A stretch of 46,619 nt of DNA from Candidatus Bipolaricaulota bacterium (GCA_003979035.1 RXOA01000140.1:1-46619), one strand, 5' to 3'. Shown: positions 17,366-29,336, counted from the first letter of the stretch. Made by a program: numbers and translations. Notes: a model not told the origin generated them from the letters alone.

Positions 17366-17394
17366 AGTATACGCCTCCGTTCCGATGGTGGCAA
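17366..17394 (-). promoter_or_regulatory. putative promoter of the LKR-SDH operon
   Basis: The minus strand reads TTGCCA (17394-17389), a 17-nt spacer, then TATACT (17371-17366). AAGGAGG lies immediately before ATG 17312. Confidence 0.45.
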
Positions 17395-17432
17395 TCCCTA
17401 TATCGGGCAACAGAACTGTATTCCTTGCCCAG

Positions 17433-18221
17433 TCAGCGCCCCCCCCAGATCTCGAATGCTCTCTTGCCGTCTTCGGTCAGGAACGCCCAATGGAAGAGCT
17501 CGTTCACATCGCTGTGGAAGGTTTCGCCGGCGTCGGACAGCCACGCATGCAGTCCCTTCATCAGAAGATCGCAAGATTCCGTGGTTGGATCGCGCAACAC
17601 GGCGACCATCGCCGGATCGAGTCGATCTGCGCCATCGACAAGGGACAGCTCTTGCTGCGTCCAGTGTCGGACAGGCGGCCAGGATCCCCGCTGCAGGAAG
17701 ATCAGCTTTGCCAGCGCACGGACCGCCTCGCCGGCAAGAAGCCTGATTCCCAGTTCGGATTCGTCGCTCTCTTGTTGTCGATGTCGCAGTTTCCTGATCC
17801 GTCCGACCGCTTCGATGACTTCCAAGTAGTGAAGGATCATCCGCGCGCTTCGGACATCCTCGGGCAACGCAGCCAGCCGTTCGACGATGTCGGCAAGAAG
17901 GCCCTCCGGATCGTGAAGGATCTCTGCGTGCTGGTACGGACCGTGGAACAGGTCGTGGGTAGAAGAGATGAGTCCTTCGAACTCGGCGAGCGGCCGCAGG
18001 TAGAACTCGTGATCTACGCGCCGTGGCGGCCCGTCGTCGATGACGAAGACGTGTTTCTCATCATCGGGAAGCATCGCGTACGCTTTGTCGGTCACGATCA
18101 CTTCGAAGTCGTAGTCGGATAGCTTGTCGCGATACGGCCGGGTGGACGAACCCACCACGTAGATTCCGACCACGTCATCGCGCTTCGTGTACGGCCCGAT
18201 CAGCTCTCTTGCCCGCTCCAC
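17433..18221 (-). CDS. nucleotidyltransferase domain protein (Pol-beta superfamily, ANT/KNTase-like)
   Basis: Start reassigned to GTG 18221, 6 nt after GGAAGGGAGG, because the ORF-track N-terminus runs into tRNA-Val. Contains IYVVGSSTRPYRDKLSDYDFEVIV (the G-S..D-x-D NTase motif) and a helical C-terminal half. Confidence 0.65.
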   Translation of the reverse strand: MERARELIGPYTKRDDVVGIYVVGSSTRPYRDKLSDYDFEVIVTDKAYAMLPDDEKHVFVIDDGPPRRVDHEFYLRPLAEFEGLISSTHDLFHGPYQHAEILHDPEGLLADIVERLAALPEDVRSARMILHYLEVIEAVGRIRKLRHRQQESDESELGIRLLAGEAVRALAKLIFLQRGSWPPVRHWTQQELSLVDGADRLDPAMVAVLRDPTTESCDLLMKGLHAWLSDAGETFHSDVNELFHWAFLTEDGKRAFEIWGGR

Positions 18222-18281
18222 GGTCGACCTCCCTTCCTCAAACGAAACAACAACCGCCGGCCCTTCAGCCAGCGGTTGTTC

Positions 18282-18357
18282 TGGTGGGTGGTAGAGGACT
18301 CGAACCTCTGGCCTCATGCACGTCAAGCATGCGCTCTCCCAGCTGAGCTAACCACCC
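18282..18357 (-). tRNA. tRNA-Val (GAC)
   Basis: Hand-folded cloverleaf: acceptor GGGTGGT/ACCACCC, D arm GCTC..GAGC, anticodon arm CATGC-TTGACGT-GCATG, T arm AGAGG-TTCGAGT-CCTCT, encoded CCA. Confidence 0.9.
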
Positions 18358-18369
18358 CTTTGTCCATCT

Positions 18370-18444
18370 TGGAGGCGGCGACCGGATTCGAACCGGTGAA
18401 TCAGGGATTTGCAGTCCCTTGCCTTTCCACTTGGCTACGCCGCC
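18370..18444 (-). tRNA. tRNA-Cys (GCA)
   Basis: Acceptor GGCGGCG/CGCCGCC, anticodon arm AGGGA-CTGCAAA-TCCCT, T arm ACCGG-TTCGAAT-CCGGT, discriminator U, encoded CCA. Confidence 0.9.
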
Positions 18445-18674
18445 GTGGTGGAGTCGATTATAGACGCTCAGCCAAGAAGGGTCAATCGCCGGGATCGCTG
18501 CTGCCAATCCTGGGCCGCTGGTTGGTTTGACGTCCTTGGAACGGAAGTGTCCGTGGATTGAATCCGGGTCATGGCCGCTGCTCAAGCGCAGCCAGACTGC
18601 CACTTCGATGGTTCATTTCTGACCTGTTTTCATATAGACTGTTTGAGGTTCAATACATGTGAGAGGTGATCGAA

Positions 18675-21017
18675 ATGGAGATTCGGTACCCGCCCGCGAA
18701 CGGTTCGTTTGTCGGCAACTCGAGAGAACCCGAAAGGGAAGCCCGGGTGTTTCGGAGAAGACCCGAACCCCCTCTACGAATGCTACTTACACTTCTCGTT
18801 GTCAGCATCGTGGCATTCGCCGCGATGGGCGCCCCGCCGGACGTTTCGGTCGAGATCGCCGCGACACAGGATGATCCAACCCGTGCATCGCCGATCGTGT
18901 TTGAAGCCACGTTCTCGGAGCCGGTGACCGGCTTCGACGCCACCGACGTCAGCATTTCCGGAACGGGAGGACCAGGCATCGTCGCCGTGGCAACGGACAA
19001 CGACATGCTGTTCGCCATCGAGATCACGCTCGCCGAGGACGGAACCGAAGATGGGATGATCATTGTCTCGATTCCGGCCGGCGTCTGCTCCAGTGTTTCC
19101 ACCGCCGAGCCGAACGCGGCCTCGACGTCGCTCCATCATGACGTCCTGTACGACACACTCCCGCCACCGGAGCCAGCGGGCACTTGGCCTCCGGACGGGG
19201 CGATCCTCTCGGATACGTCGCCGACCTTTTCCTGGGATCCCGTCGAGGATGTGGCCGGGGGCAGCGGACTGAAGAACTACCGGGTCACGATCGTCGGTCT
19301 TGTTGAAAGAGATACCTACAAGACGACGACCTCCTACACCCCGCAACTCGTAGAAGGCGACTCCTACGCGTGGCGTGTCTATGCCCGCGACTGCGCAGGA
19401 AACGTCAGTTCCTATACCTGGACGGACTTCGTGATCGATGCATCCGCCCCTGTCAACGCAACAGTGAGCTCGACGTCGCATGTGATCGATACGTGGAGCC
19501 GTGATCGTGACGTCTCCATCGCTGTTGCCGGCGACGCCTGGGATGCCTGGACGGAGGTGGACGGCTTCGAGATTGACTGGACACAATCGGCCGCATGGAC
19601 AGGATCCGGGGCGGCGAACCGTGTTCCATCCTGGGCCGGAGACATCTTCACGGCAACCACCGATGGGGACTGGTGGTTCCACCTATCCACGGGCGATATG
19701 GCGGGAAACTGGAGCGATCCCGTGCATCTCGGCCCGTTCCGGATCGATGCCACGGCACCGGCCGATCCGCGCCTATCGAGCGCGAGCCATGCCATCCACG
19801 TCTGGTCAAACGCGAGCGCGGTCGAGATCGAAGCGGTCGGCGCCGGCGATGCCGGAGCCGGCGTGGACGGTTTCGAGATCGAGTGGAACCAATCCGCCAC
19901 CTGGTCCCCAACCGAAACAAGGAAGCACGAGGAGTCGTGGACTGGCGCAACCTACGCCGCAACATCCGACGGTGACTGGTATGTCCATGCCGCCACGGTG
20001 GATAACGCAGACAACTGGTCGGGGGGAACGACGCTCGGCCCGTTCCGAATCGACACGGAAGCACCGGCGAACCCTGCTGTGGTGTCCGCAACCCACGCCG
20101 TGGGCGTCTGGTCAGAAGAAAGGATCGTCTCCTTCTCGGAGTTCGAGACATCGTACGACGCGCACTCAGGCGTAGATGGATATGCCATCGAGTGGATCGC
20201 AGATGCAACAGGAACCGCCGCCTACACCAGATGGATGGATGTGGTTCATGGCGAGGTGGGCATCGAATCCGAGGACGGTTCCTGGCACCTGGCCTGTCAA
20301 ACGGTTGACCGAGCCGGAAACGCGAGTGACATTGCTCACTTCGGACCATACAGAATCGATACGACGGCTCCGGAGATTTTCGGCGTCCCACAAGATCTGA
20401 CCGTGATGGTTCCCCACGGACAGGAGACGGGCGCTTGCAGTTGGGAGGAACCAACCGCGACCGACCTCCACAGCGGCTTGGCCGGACTGCACGCCAGTCA
20501 CGCTCCGGGGGACCTCTTCTTCGTCGGCACGACCACGGTGACGTATGCCGTGACGGATCGATGCGGCAACTCGGCAACAGCATCGTTCGATGTCACGGTC
20601 GCGCAATCCCCCCAACAGCTGTCCATCGTTGCCTCGGATGAAGCCGGAAGCTTTCTTGATCGCTGTCTCGATCTGAACGAAGGGCAAGAACCGCCGATGG
20701 CCGGCCGCAGACCGCTGCAGGCGGTGTATGCCGCGGGAGAACCGATCGTCGGAAGCTGCCATGTCCTCGATTCCGCGGGCGCGCCCTGCGCGTCGACCTA
20801 CATCATCGTGAGCTTGTACACCGTCGATGTTGCGAGCGTTCCCGAAGCTTTGGAACTCCTCGATTCGTGGAACGGCCACTATGACCGGGATGAGGAATGC
20901 TACCGGTTCGAAGTCGACACCACCGCGCTTGCACCGGGCGTCTACGACCTGCGCCTCGGCTTCGAGGACGGATCTACGGAGTGGATCCGTGTGGAGGTGG
21001 TCGCGCCGGCAGTCTAG
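18675..21017 (+). CDS. large secreted/cell-surface protein: Ig-like domains, three approximately 102-aa tandem repeats, HYR-like domain
   Basis: ATG 18675 follows GAGAGG; ATG 18780 just before the hydrophobic signal/anchor LLTLLVVSIVAFAAMG is an alternative start. Ig-like SVEIAATQDDPTRASPIVFEATFSEPVTGFDATDVSISG, repeats ending GPFRID.xAP, then a HYR-like segment (TATDLHSG..GTTTVTYAVTDRCGNSATASFDVTV). Confidence 0.75.
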   Translation: MEIRYPPANGSFVGNSREPEREARVFRRRPEPPLRMLLTLLVVSIVAFAAMGAPPDVSVEIAATQDDPTRASPIVFEATFSEPVTGFDATDVSISGTGGPGIVAVATDNDMLFAIEITLAEDGTEDGMIIVSIPAGVCSSVSTAEPNAASTSLHHDVLYDTLPPPEPAGTWPPDGAILSDTSPTFSWDPVEDVAGGSGLKNYRVTIVGLVERDTYKTTTSYTPQLVEGDSYAWRVYARDCAGNVSSYTWTDFVIDASAPVNATVSSTSHVIDTWSRDRDVSIAVAGDAWDAWTEVDGFEIDWTQSAAWTGSGAANRVPSWAGDIFTATTDGDWWFHLSTGDMAGNWSDPVHLGPFRIDATAPADPRLSSASHAIHVWSNASAVEIEAVGAGDAGAGVDGFEIEWNQSATWSPTETRKHEESWTGATYAATSDGDWYVHAATVDNADNWSGGTTLGPFRIDTEAPANPAVVSATHAVGVWSEERIVSFSEFETSYDAHSGVDGYAIEWIADATGTAAYTRWMDVVHGEVGIESEDGSWHLACQTVDRAGNASDIAHFGPYRIDTTAPEIFGVPQDLTVMVPHGQETGACSWEEPTATDLHSGLAGLHASHAPGDLFFVGTTTVTYAVTDRCGNSATASFDVTVAQSPQQLSIVASDEAGSFLDRCLDLNEGQEPPMAGRRPLQAVYAAGEPIVGSCHVLDSAGAPCASTYIIVSLYTVDVASVPEALELLDSWNGHYDRDEECYRFEVDTTALAPGVYDLRLGFEDGSTEWIRVEVVAPAV
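19434..20354 (+). repeat. three in-frame tandem protein-domain repeats (each about 306 nt) inside the surface protein gene
   Basis: Units start at 19434, 19743 and 20049. Shared pattern: ID.xAP....SS.SH.I..WS......G.D...GVDG[FY]EIEW......DG.W..H..T.D.AGN.S....GP[FY]R. Diverged at nucleotide level. Confidence 0.75.
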
Positions 21018-21183
21018 GCACGACTCCAACTGCACCGCATCAGAACGTGAGGAGGGGCACCGCGGCGCGTTTCTCCTGTTGTCTTTGCACCCAAGGATCG
21101 CGAGCAGGCGCAGCCAAGCCAAGTACGCGCTGCCGGGGGGACGTCTTGACGCCCAGGGACTGTGTGGTCAACAAGGCCGGTCG

Positions 21184-21873
21184 CTACGGGCGCAGCAGCG
21201 CCATCAGGTAAGTGAAATCTTCGCCGTCGTCATCGATGACGGCTCGGCACCCCAGCTCCTGCTCCAGCCGCGCGGCAAGCTCGCTTGGGACGCTGGTGAA
21301 CACCAGCCCCGGTTTCCGTCCTTCGACCAGATGGCTGAACACAACCCCGACGGAGCATGCCTCGTAGGCATTGCGGAGGATGCGGATCATCGTCGCCATC
21401 GGGTCACTCCCGATGGCGTAGCCAAGCACGCTGATGATGTAGGCGGCATCGAATGTGTCCGGCTCCAACGGCTGAGTCAGGATATCCCGCAGCTCGAAGG
21501 AAACACCAGCATGTCCGGCGAGCCGCTGCTCCGCACGATCCACCATCGATTGGCTGACGTCGATCCCCCGGTACGCATCGAACGGCTGACGGTGATGATC
21601 AGCGAAGTCCACCAGATGCCCGAGACCGCAGCCGATATCCAGCATCCTTCCCTGGAGCGGCAGGAGCGCGGCTGCCCGGGAGAACAGCTTCTGCTGGCCG
21701 TCGACGCTGCCGTATTCCAGGGCCATCATCTGATCGTCGGCGCCATCGCCTTGGAACAGTCCGGCACGGGCGTCGTAGAACGCCCCACAGGCGCGGACAT
21801 CGGGGAACCCCCGCGGGGTGAACAACGCCATCCGTTGCTTCCAGCGCCTGGGGATCCATCGAGAGATGCTCAT
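21184..21873 (-). CDS. class I SAM-dependent methyltransferase
   Basis: 229 aa. Motif I MLDIGCGLGHLVDF followed by the usual acidic and post-I motifs. The start lies 1 nt from the atpD stop. Confidence 0.7.
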   Translation of the reverse strand: MSISRWIPRRWKQRMALFTPRGFPDVRACGAFYDARAGLFQGDGADDQMMALEYGSVDGQQKLFSRAAALLPLQGRMLDIGCGLGHLVDFADHHRQPFDAYRGIDVSQSMVDRAEQRLAGHAGVSFELRDILTQPLEPDTFDAAYIISVLGYAIGSDPMATMIRILRNAYEACSVGVVFSHLVEGRKPGLVFTSVPSELAARLEQELGCRAVIDDDGEDFTYLMALLRP

Positions 21874-21874
21874 C

Positions 21875-24228
<2,354 letters not shown>

Positions 24229-24231
24229 GTG

Positions 24232-25746
24232 CTACCCTCCGAACCGCTCTTTGAACTGGGCGATCGCCGTCTCGAATTGGGCCCGAATGGCATCGGTCAG
24301 TTTCCCTTCGGTGCGAATCGCGTCAAGGATCCCGGCATTCTCACTGCGCAGATAACGCAGCCACTCGTCTTCGAACCGCCTGATTTCGGACAACTCGATG
24401 CTTGCGAGATGGTTCTCGACGGCGACATAGAGCACCGCAACCTGCTCCTCGACCGGCATCGGGCGATACTGATCCTGCTTCAGGACTTCCATCAGCCGAT
24501 CGCCTCTCGCGAGCTGCGCCTTTGACTCATCATCCAAGTCGGCCGAAAACTCGGCGAACGCTTCCAATTCGCGATACTGCGAGAGTTCGAGCCGCAACTG
24601 CCCGGCAACTTGGTTCATCGCCTTGATCTGCGCCGCTCCGCCGACACGAGAGACCGATTTCCCCACATTGATTGCCGGGCGAAACCCCTGGTTGAACAGA
24701 TCCGGCTCGAGGTAAATCTGGCCGTCCGTGATCGAGATGACGTTGGTCGGGATGTAGGCGGAGATGTCGTTGGCCTTGGTCTCGATAATCGGGAACGCCG
24801 TCAGCGAGCCGCCGCCGTGTTCGTCCGATAGGCGGACCGCGCGTTCCAGCAAGCGCGAGTGGGTGTAGAAGATGTCTCCGGGATACGCCTCGCGCCCGGG
24901 CGATCGCCGCAGCAGCAGCGCCATCTCGCGATACGAGACGGCGTGTTTGGAAAGGTCGTCGTACACGATGAAGGCATCTCTGCCCTGATAGGTGAAGAAT
25001 TCGGCCATTGCGCAGCCGGCATAGGGAGCGATGTACTGCATCGGCGCCGGTTCGTCGGCCTCGGCGACCACGATGATCGTGTAGTCGAGCGCGCCGTGTT
25101 GCTTCAGCGTTTCCACGACCCGCGCCGTTGTCGACGCTTTCTGAGCGATGGCCACGTAGACGCAGACAACGCCTTTCCCCTTCTGATTGATGATCGTGTC
25201 GATCACGATGGCCGTCTTGCCGGTGCGACGATCGCCGATGATCAGTTCTCGCTGCCCGCGCCCGATCGGCGTCATCGCATCAATCGACTTCAGGCCCGTC
25301 TGCAGCGGCACATTGACCGGCTGGCGCATGATCACGCCCGGCGCCTTCACGTCCGCCTTGCGCCGCTCGTCCGAGGCAATCGGTCCCCGCCCATCCTTGG
25401 GCCGTCCAAGAGGGTCGACGATCCGGCCCAGAAGATCTTCGCCAACGACGGTTTCAAGAATCCGGCCCGTCCGGGTGACTTCATCGCCTTCCTGGATCAG
25501 TTCGCTGGCTCCAAACAGGGCCACGCCGACGCTGTCTTCTTCAAGATTGAGCACCATTCCGAACACGTCGTTGGGGAAGCCAAGGATCTCGGAGGACAGT
25601 GCGTTCTGCAATCCGAAGACGCGGGCGATTCCGTCCCCGACTTCCACGACCACGCCCACTTCATCCATCGCCAGATCCTGCGAGAATCCGCGGATCTGTT
25701 CCTTCAAGATCGCACTGATTTCATCTCGTCGTCGCTTCGTTGACAA
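24232..25746 (-). CDS. atpA: F0F1 ATP synthase subunit alpha
   Basis: 504 aa. Walker [37 protein letters not shown]. Confidence 0.95.
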   Translation of the reverse strand: MSTKRRRDEISAILKEQIRGFSQDLAMDEVGVVVEVGDGIARVFGLQNALSSEILGFPNDVFGMVLNLEEDSVGVALFGASELIQEGDEVTRTGRILETVVGEDLLGRIVDPLGRPKDGRGPIASDERRKADVKAPGVIMRQPVNVPLQTGLKSIDAMTPIGRGQRELIIGDRRTGKTAIVIDTIINQKGKGVVCVYVAIAQKASTTARVVETLKQHGALDYTIIVVAEADEPAPMQYIAPYAGCAMAEFFTYQGRDAFIVYDDLSKHAVSYREMALLLRRSPGREAYPGDIFYTHSRLLERAVRLSDEHGGGSLTAFPIIETKANDISAYIPTNVISITDGQIYLEPDLFNQGFRPAINVGKSVSRVGGAAQIKAMNQVAGQLRLELSQYRELEAFAEFSADLDDESKAQLARGDRLMEVLKQDQYRPMPVEEQVAVLYVAVENHLASIELSEIRRFEDEWLRYLRSENAGILDAIRTEGKLTDAIRAQFETAIAQFKERFGG

Positions 25747-25763
25747 GGTGTTCCTCCCCCTCG

Positions 25764-26303
25764 CTAGCCTTCCAACACGGTCCGCAAGCGCTCCAGTTTC
25801 CCCGCAAGCGAGCCGTCAATCGATCGGCCGCCAATCAGCAGTCTCAGTCCCCCGATGAGCGAGCTATCCACTTCTTCCCTCAGGTTCACCGGTCCGTGCA
25901 GGAGTCCCGCAAGGCGCTCGCCGAGCTTCCGGCGCCCCTCCGCCGAAAGCGGAATCGCCGTCGTCACATCCACTTGGGCAATTCCCGCACGAGTCGCAAG
26001 AAGCGTTCGGTACTCTTCAAGGATCAGATCGAGATGATCGGTCCGTTGATTTCGGATCATCATCCGCAGCAATCCATCGGCCACGGGATCGAGATCGGGA
26101 AACGCTCGCCGTAGGAAGCCGATCTTTCGCTCGTTGGGAATCAGCGGGTGGGCAAGAAAAACCTGGATATCGTCGATTTCTTCAATCGCGTCACGAACTG
26201 CTTCCAGCTGTTCGAGCACGCCGTCCACTGAGCCCCCGGCTTGCTCGACCGCCAGTTCGAATCCGGCCTCGGCGTAGCGACGGGCGATATCACGTGATCC
26301 CAT
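25764..26303 (-). CDS. atpH: F0F1 ATP synthase subunit delta (OSCP)
   Basis: 179 aa. [15 protein letters not shown].. and ..[29 protein letters not shown] overlap with atpF. Confidence 0.85.
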   Translation of the reverse strand: MGSRDIARRYAEAGFELAVEQAGGSVDGVLEQLEAVRDAIEEIDDIQVFLAHPLIPNERKIGFLRRAFPDLDPVADGLLRMMIRNQRTDHLDLILEEYRTLLATRAGIAQVDVTTAIPLSAEGRRKLGERLAGLLHGPVNLREEVDSSLIGGLRLLIGGRSIDGSLAGKLERLRTVLEG

Positions 26304-26830
26304 TATGGCGTCCTCGTCCTCAACATCTCTTCATCCAGCTCGGACAGCAACTCATCGAGGAATCGCTGGTGATCGTCCTGGTTGATCTCTCGATCGAGAA
26401 CCCGCGCCGCACCCATCACCGCAACTCCGGCGTACGCTTCCCGAAGCTCGGCAAGGGCCGTCTCCCGTTGCTGCTCGATCTCCTGGAGCGCGTCCTCGGC
26501 GACCCGCGCCGCTTCGTGGCGGGCGGCTTGCTTCGCCTCGGCGAGGATTCGCTCACCCTCCAATCGGGACTCGTCGATCATCTTCCGAATCTCATCCCTG
26601 GCCGCGGTCAACGCCCGCTCGCGTTCTCGCTGAAGCTCCGCCGCCTGTTCCTCGCTCCGCCGCGCCGCTTCCATGTGCTCGTGAATCGCCTCGCGTCGTT
26701 TGTCGAGGTATCGCAGCGCCGGCTTGAACAGCAGCCACCGCAGCAGAAGCAGCAGGATTGCGAAGTTGACCAGGTTAAAGACGAGCGTCCAGTTGATCGT
26801 CTTGACGATCGTCCCCCACTCAAAGCTCAT
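26303..26830 (-). CDS. atpF: F0F1 ATP synthase subunit b
   Basis: 175 aa with a single N-terminal TM (WTLVFNLVNFAILLLLLRWLLFKP) followed by a long charged helix. Confidence 0.85.
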   Translation of the reverse strand: MSFEWGTIVKTINWTLVFNLVNFAILLLLLRWLLFKPALRYLDKRREAIHEHMEAARRSEEQAAELQRERERALTAARDEIRKMIDESRLEGERILAEAKQAARHEAARVAEDALQEIEQQRETALAELREAYAGVAVMGAARVLDREINQDDHQRFLDELLSELDEEMLRTRTP

Positions 26831-26844
26831 GCGTCCTCCCCGCC

Positions 26845-27117
26845 CTACACGACAAACAACAGCACAATGGCGATCAGAAGCGAGTAGATTCCCGTGGTTT
26901 CCGTGATTGCCTGACCGAGAACCATCGTGCTCATCAGCGCACTGCGCATTTCCGGTTGACGCGCCATGCCGTCAAGCGCGTGTGACGCGGCCATTCCTTC
27001 ACCGATTGCGGGACCGATGGCTCCGATTCCCATACACAGTCCGGCGGCCACGTACTTCGCCGCCAACACGATGTCGGCCCCCGAGATCCCCACAGCACTC
27101 TGGACTTCCTGCAGCAT
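26845..27117 (-). CDS. atpE: F0F1 ATP synthase subunit c
   Basis: 90 aa hairpin: GIGAIGPAIGEG..ARQPE..STMVLGQAITETTGIYSLLIAIVLLF. Confidence 0.9.
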   Translation of the reverse strand: MLQEVQSAVGISGADIVLAAKYVAAGLCMGIGAIGPAIGEGMAASHALDGMARQPEMRSALMSTMVLGQAITETTGIYSLLIAIVLLFVV

Positions 27118-27137
27118 GCTTCCTCCCTACCTAGGAT

Positions 27138-27851
27138 CTAGCCGACGGCAACATCGATGTACGCCACGGCAAGAATCGCGAACACAAACGCTTGAATCGC
27201 TCCGAAGCCCAATCCGAAAACAAGATTGAGTCCCGAGGGAACAAGAACCGGAGCGAACTTGACCATCACGACAGTGACGAGGATCGTTCCCGCAAGAACG
27301 TTCCCGAACAGACGAAATGCATGAGACAGCGGCTTGCTGATCTCTCCGACCAGCGTGATCGGCAACAGAAACGCCATCGGTTCGAGGAATCCCTTGAGGT
27401 ATTTTCTGCCGCCCTTGGATCTCACCGCCAGCACTTGCGACACGACATACACCATCAACGCAAGGCCAAGCGTCACGTTCAGATCCTGAGTCGGGGAGCT
27501 CAAGTACGGGATCACCGACATCCAATTGCAGACGAGGACGTACAAGAACAACGTGGCGATAAACGGAAACATCTGCCGAGCAAGCGATTGGGAAGAGAAA
27601 TTCCCCAGAAGCTGTCCCTCGATGAACCCGATCAGACTGTCGAGCATGGCCTGGGTCCGCGTTGGTTTCTCATCGACCCGCTGGCGGAACCCGCGTCGAA
27701 GAACCAGGGCAAGAACGACAAGCACAGCCATGGCGATCCAACTCATGAGGATCGCTTCAACATCAAACCGGATGCTGTACCCCCCAAGATGGAGGATGGC
27801 CATCCGTTTCTCGCCTAGGTGATCGAGCAGCGGTGCTAATTGCTCGAACAT
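27138..27851 (-). CDS. atpB: F0F1 ATP synthase subunit a
   Basis: Start reassigned to ATG 27851 (MFEQLAPLL..) after AAGGGGGA. 237 aa. Stator arginine motif SHAFRLFGNVLAG. Confidence 0.9.
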   Translation of the reverse strand: MFEQLAPLLDHLGEKRMAILHLGGYSIRFDVEAILMSWIAMAVLVVLALVLRRGFRQRVDEKPTRTQAMLDSLIGFIEGQLLGNFSSQSLARQMFPFIATLFLYVLVCNWMSVIPYLSSPTQDLNVTLGLALMVYVVSQVLAVRSKGGRKYLKGFLEPMAFLLPITLVGEISKPLSHAFRLFGNVLAGTILVTVVMVKFAPVLVPSGLNLVFGLGFGAIQAFVFAILAVAYIDVAVG

Positions 27852-28243
27852 CGGTTCCCCCTTTGCACGGCTCGCGTGATCGCCAACTGCAGCTGCGACC
27901 CGAGCAACACGCCGATCGCGGCAAGCAACGAAGCTTGCCCCAACCGGGATACGAGCGCAAGCGCAACCCCCAGGAACACGAGCCGCGCCACCGTTCCCGC
28001 CGCAGCCCCGAGCTTCCCCGATCGAGGCGTTGCCGAAGAAGCCAGGGAGCGTGCAGCAACGCACAGAAACCAACTGTGCATGAAGTACAGCACGCCGCCG
28101 ATCACGGCACCAAGCGCTGCATCCGAACGGCCGACACCCGCGAGGACTCCCCCGAGGATGATCGCCCCGCCGAGCACCCACCCGCAATGAAGCCTCCGCA
28201 GCAACGCAAGAATCGGGATCTTCGTTTCGGTCGGAGCAGGCAT
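27836..28243 (-). CDS. AtpI/AtpZ-like small membrane protein at the head of the atp operon
   Basis: Start ATG 28243, 10 nt after the frr stop. 135 aa with about 4 TM segments. Overlaps the atpB start by 16 nt. Position and topology match ATP synthase protein I. Confidence 0.55.
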   Translation of the reverse strand: MPAPTETKIPILALLRRLHCGWVLGGAIILGGVLAGVGRSDAALGAVIGGVLYFMHSWFLCVAARSLASSATPRSGKLGAAAGTVARLVFLGVALALVSRLGQASLLAAIGVLLGSQLQLAITRAVQRGNRCSSN

Positions 28244-28253
28244 GATTGCCGGC

Positions 28254-28811
28254 TTAGATCGTCTGCAGCTGCTGACCCTTGTCGGCGACCAGCTGATCGA
28301 CGGTCTTCGAGAATTCGTGGACGGCATCATCGGTCTTGTCGCGCCGTTTCCGGTGCTCGTCCTCGGAGATGTCGCCGTCGTTCTTCATCCGATCGAGACG
28401 ATCGTTCGCGTCCCTGCGAATATTGCGTAGGGCCACCTTGGACTCCTCGCCCTTCGCCTTGATCACGCGAACCAATTCCTGGCGGCGCTCTTCGGACAAC
28501 TTCGGGATCTTGACGCGAATGACTTTCCCGTCGTTCGCCGGATTCAAGCCGAGATCGGCGGCAAGAATCGCCTTCTCGACCGACTCCATCTGCGTCTTGT
28601 CGTACGGCTGGATCACAAGCAGGTTCGGATCGGGAGCGGCAATCGTCGCCAGCTGCTTCAGCGGCGTCGGCGCGCCGTAGTACTCGACGACGACGTCTTC
28701 GACCATCGCCGGATTCGCTCGACCGGTCTGGACCTTGGCCAAGCCCACTTTCAGCACGTCCACGGTGCGGGTCATATGTTCGCGCATCTCGCGCATCGTT
28801 TGCTCTGGCAT
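28254..28811 (-). CDS. frr: ribosome recycling factor
   Basis: 185 aa. LAKVQTGRANPAMVEDVVVEYYGAPTPLKQLATIAAPDPNLLVIQPYDK, LGLNPANDGKVIRVKIPKLSEERRQELVR, ALRNIRRDAND. Confidence 0.95.
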   Translation of the reverse strand: MPEQTMREMREHMTRTVDVLKVGLAKVQTGRANPAMVEDVVVEYYGAPTPLKQLATIAAPDPNLLVIQPYDKTQMESVEKAILAADLGLNPANDGKVIRVKIPKLSEERRQELVRVIKAKGEESKVALRNIRRDANDRLDRMKNDGDISEDEHRKRRDKTDDAVHEFSKTVDQLVADKGQQLQTI

Positions 28812-29336
28812 CGCAACACCTCTGTTGGGGATTGTAATTCACCCGTGCACGAAGTCAAAGCAACGCGTCGATCCGCCACGCGCATCAAGCGCAAACAGGA
28901 TCGGCACTTCCTTCATCCATCGCGCCATGAACCGCCAAAAACAAGTCCGCCCAATCGTCGATGACATCCTGGAGCTTGTGGGTGAGAAGGAGGAGCGCCC
29001 AACGCATCGGCGAGATCCGGCAGATCCCATCCGCCATCGCCCACCGCTCCGACAAGGACAGCTCACATGCTCCGTTCGACGAACACCTCAAAGCTGCCGA
29101 TGTGCTGCGGCATCACTACGACAACCCGCAACTCGACCCGCATCCACGGCACCGCGGCAGGCTTGCACATGTGGAGGGAGAGTTCCAAGACGTCCGACTC
29201 TGCAGCGAGGAGATAGCGTGAATGAACGAATCGGCACGCGTGCTTCCAGAGTCAAGCCTACTCTTGGCGATCTGCGGTTGCGCCAGGGCATCCGAATGCG
29301 CTACCGTGGCGGCAACATCTACTTGGAGAGGTATCC

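Noticed and set aside
16677-18122. 481-aa plus-strand ORF
   Set aside because: Antisense to the LKR-like and nucleotidyltransferase genes and crosses their intergenic promoter. No motifs.
18222-18326. N-terminal extension of the nucleotidyltransferase ORF
   Set aside because: It would overlap tRNA-Val (18282-18357) on the same strand. GTG 18221 with a GGAAGGGAGG RBS is a better start.
19648-21122. 311-aa and 318-aa minus-strand ORFs; also 20827..21942 on the plus strand
   Set aside because: Shadow frames opposite or overlapping the surface protein and methyltransferase genes. Extreme Arg/Pro content.
27852-28187. 112-aa N-terminal extension of atpB
   Set aside because: It overlaps the AtpI-like gene in another frame and is Arg/Gly/Cys-rich. 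A normal subunit a begins at ATG 27851, after an RBS.
28812-29336. pyrH expected upstream of frr
   Set aside because: No frame in the gap shows UMP kinase motifs, and the space is too small for a 240-aa protein.
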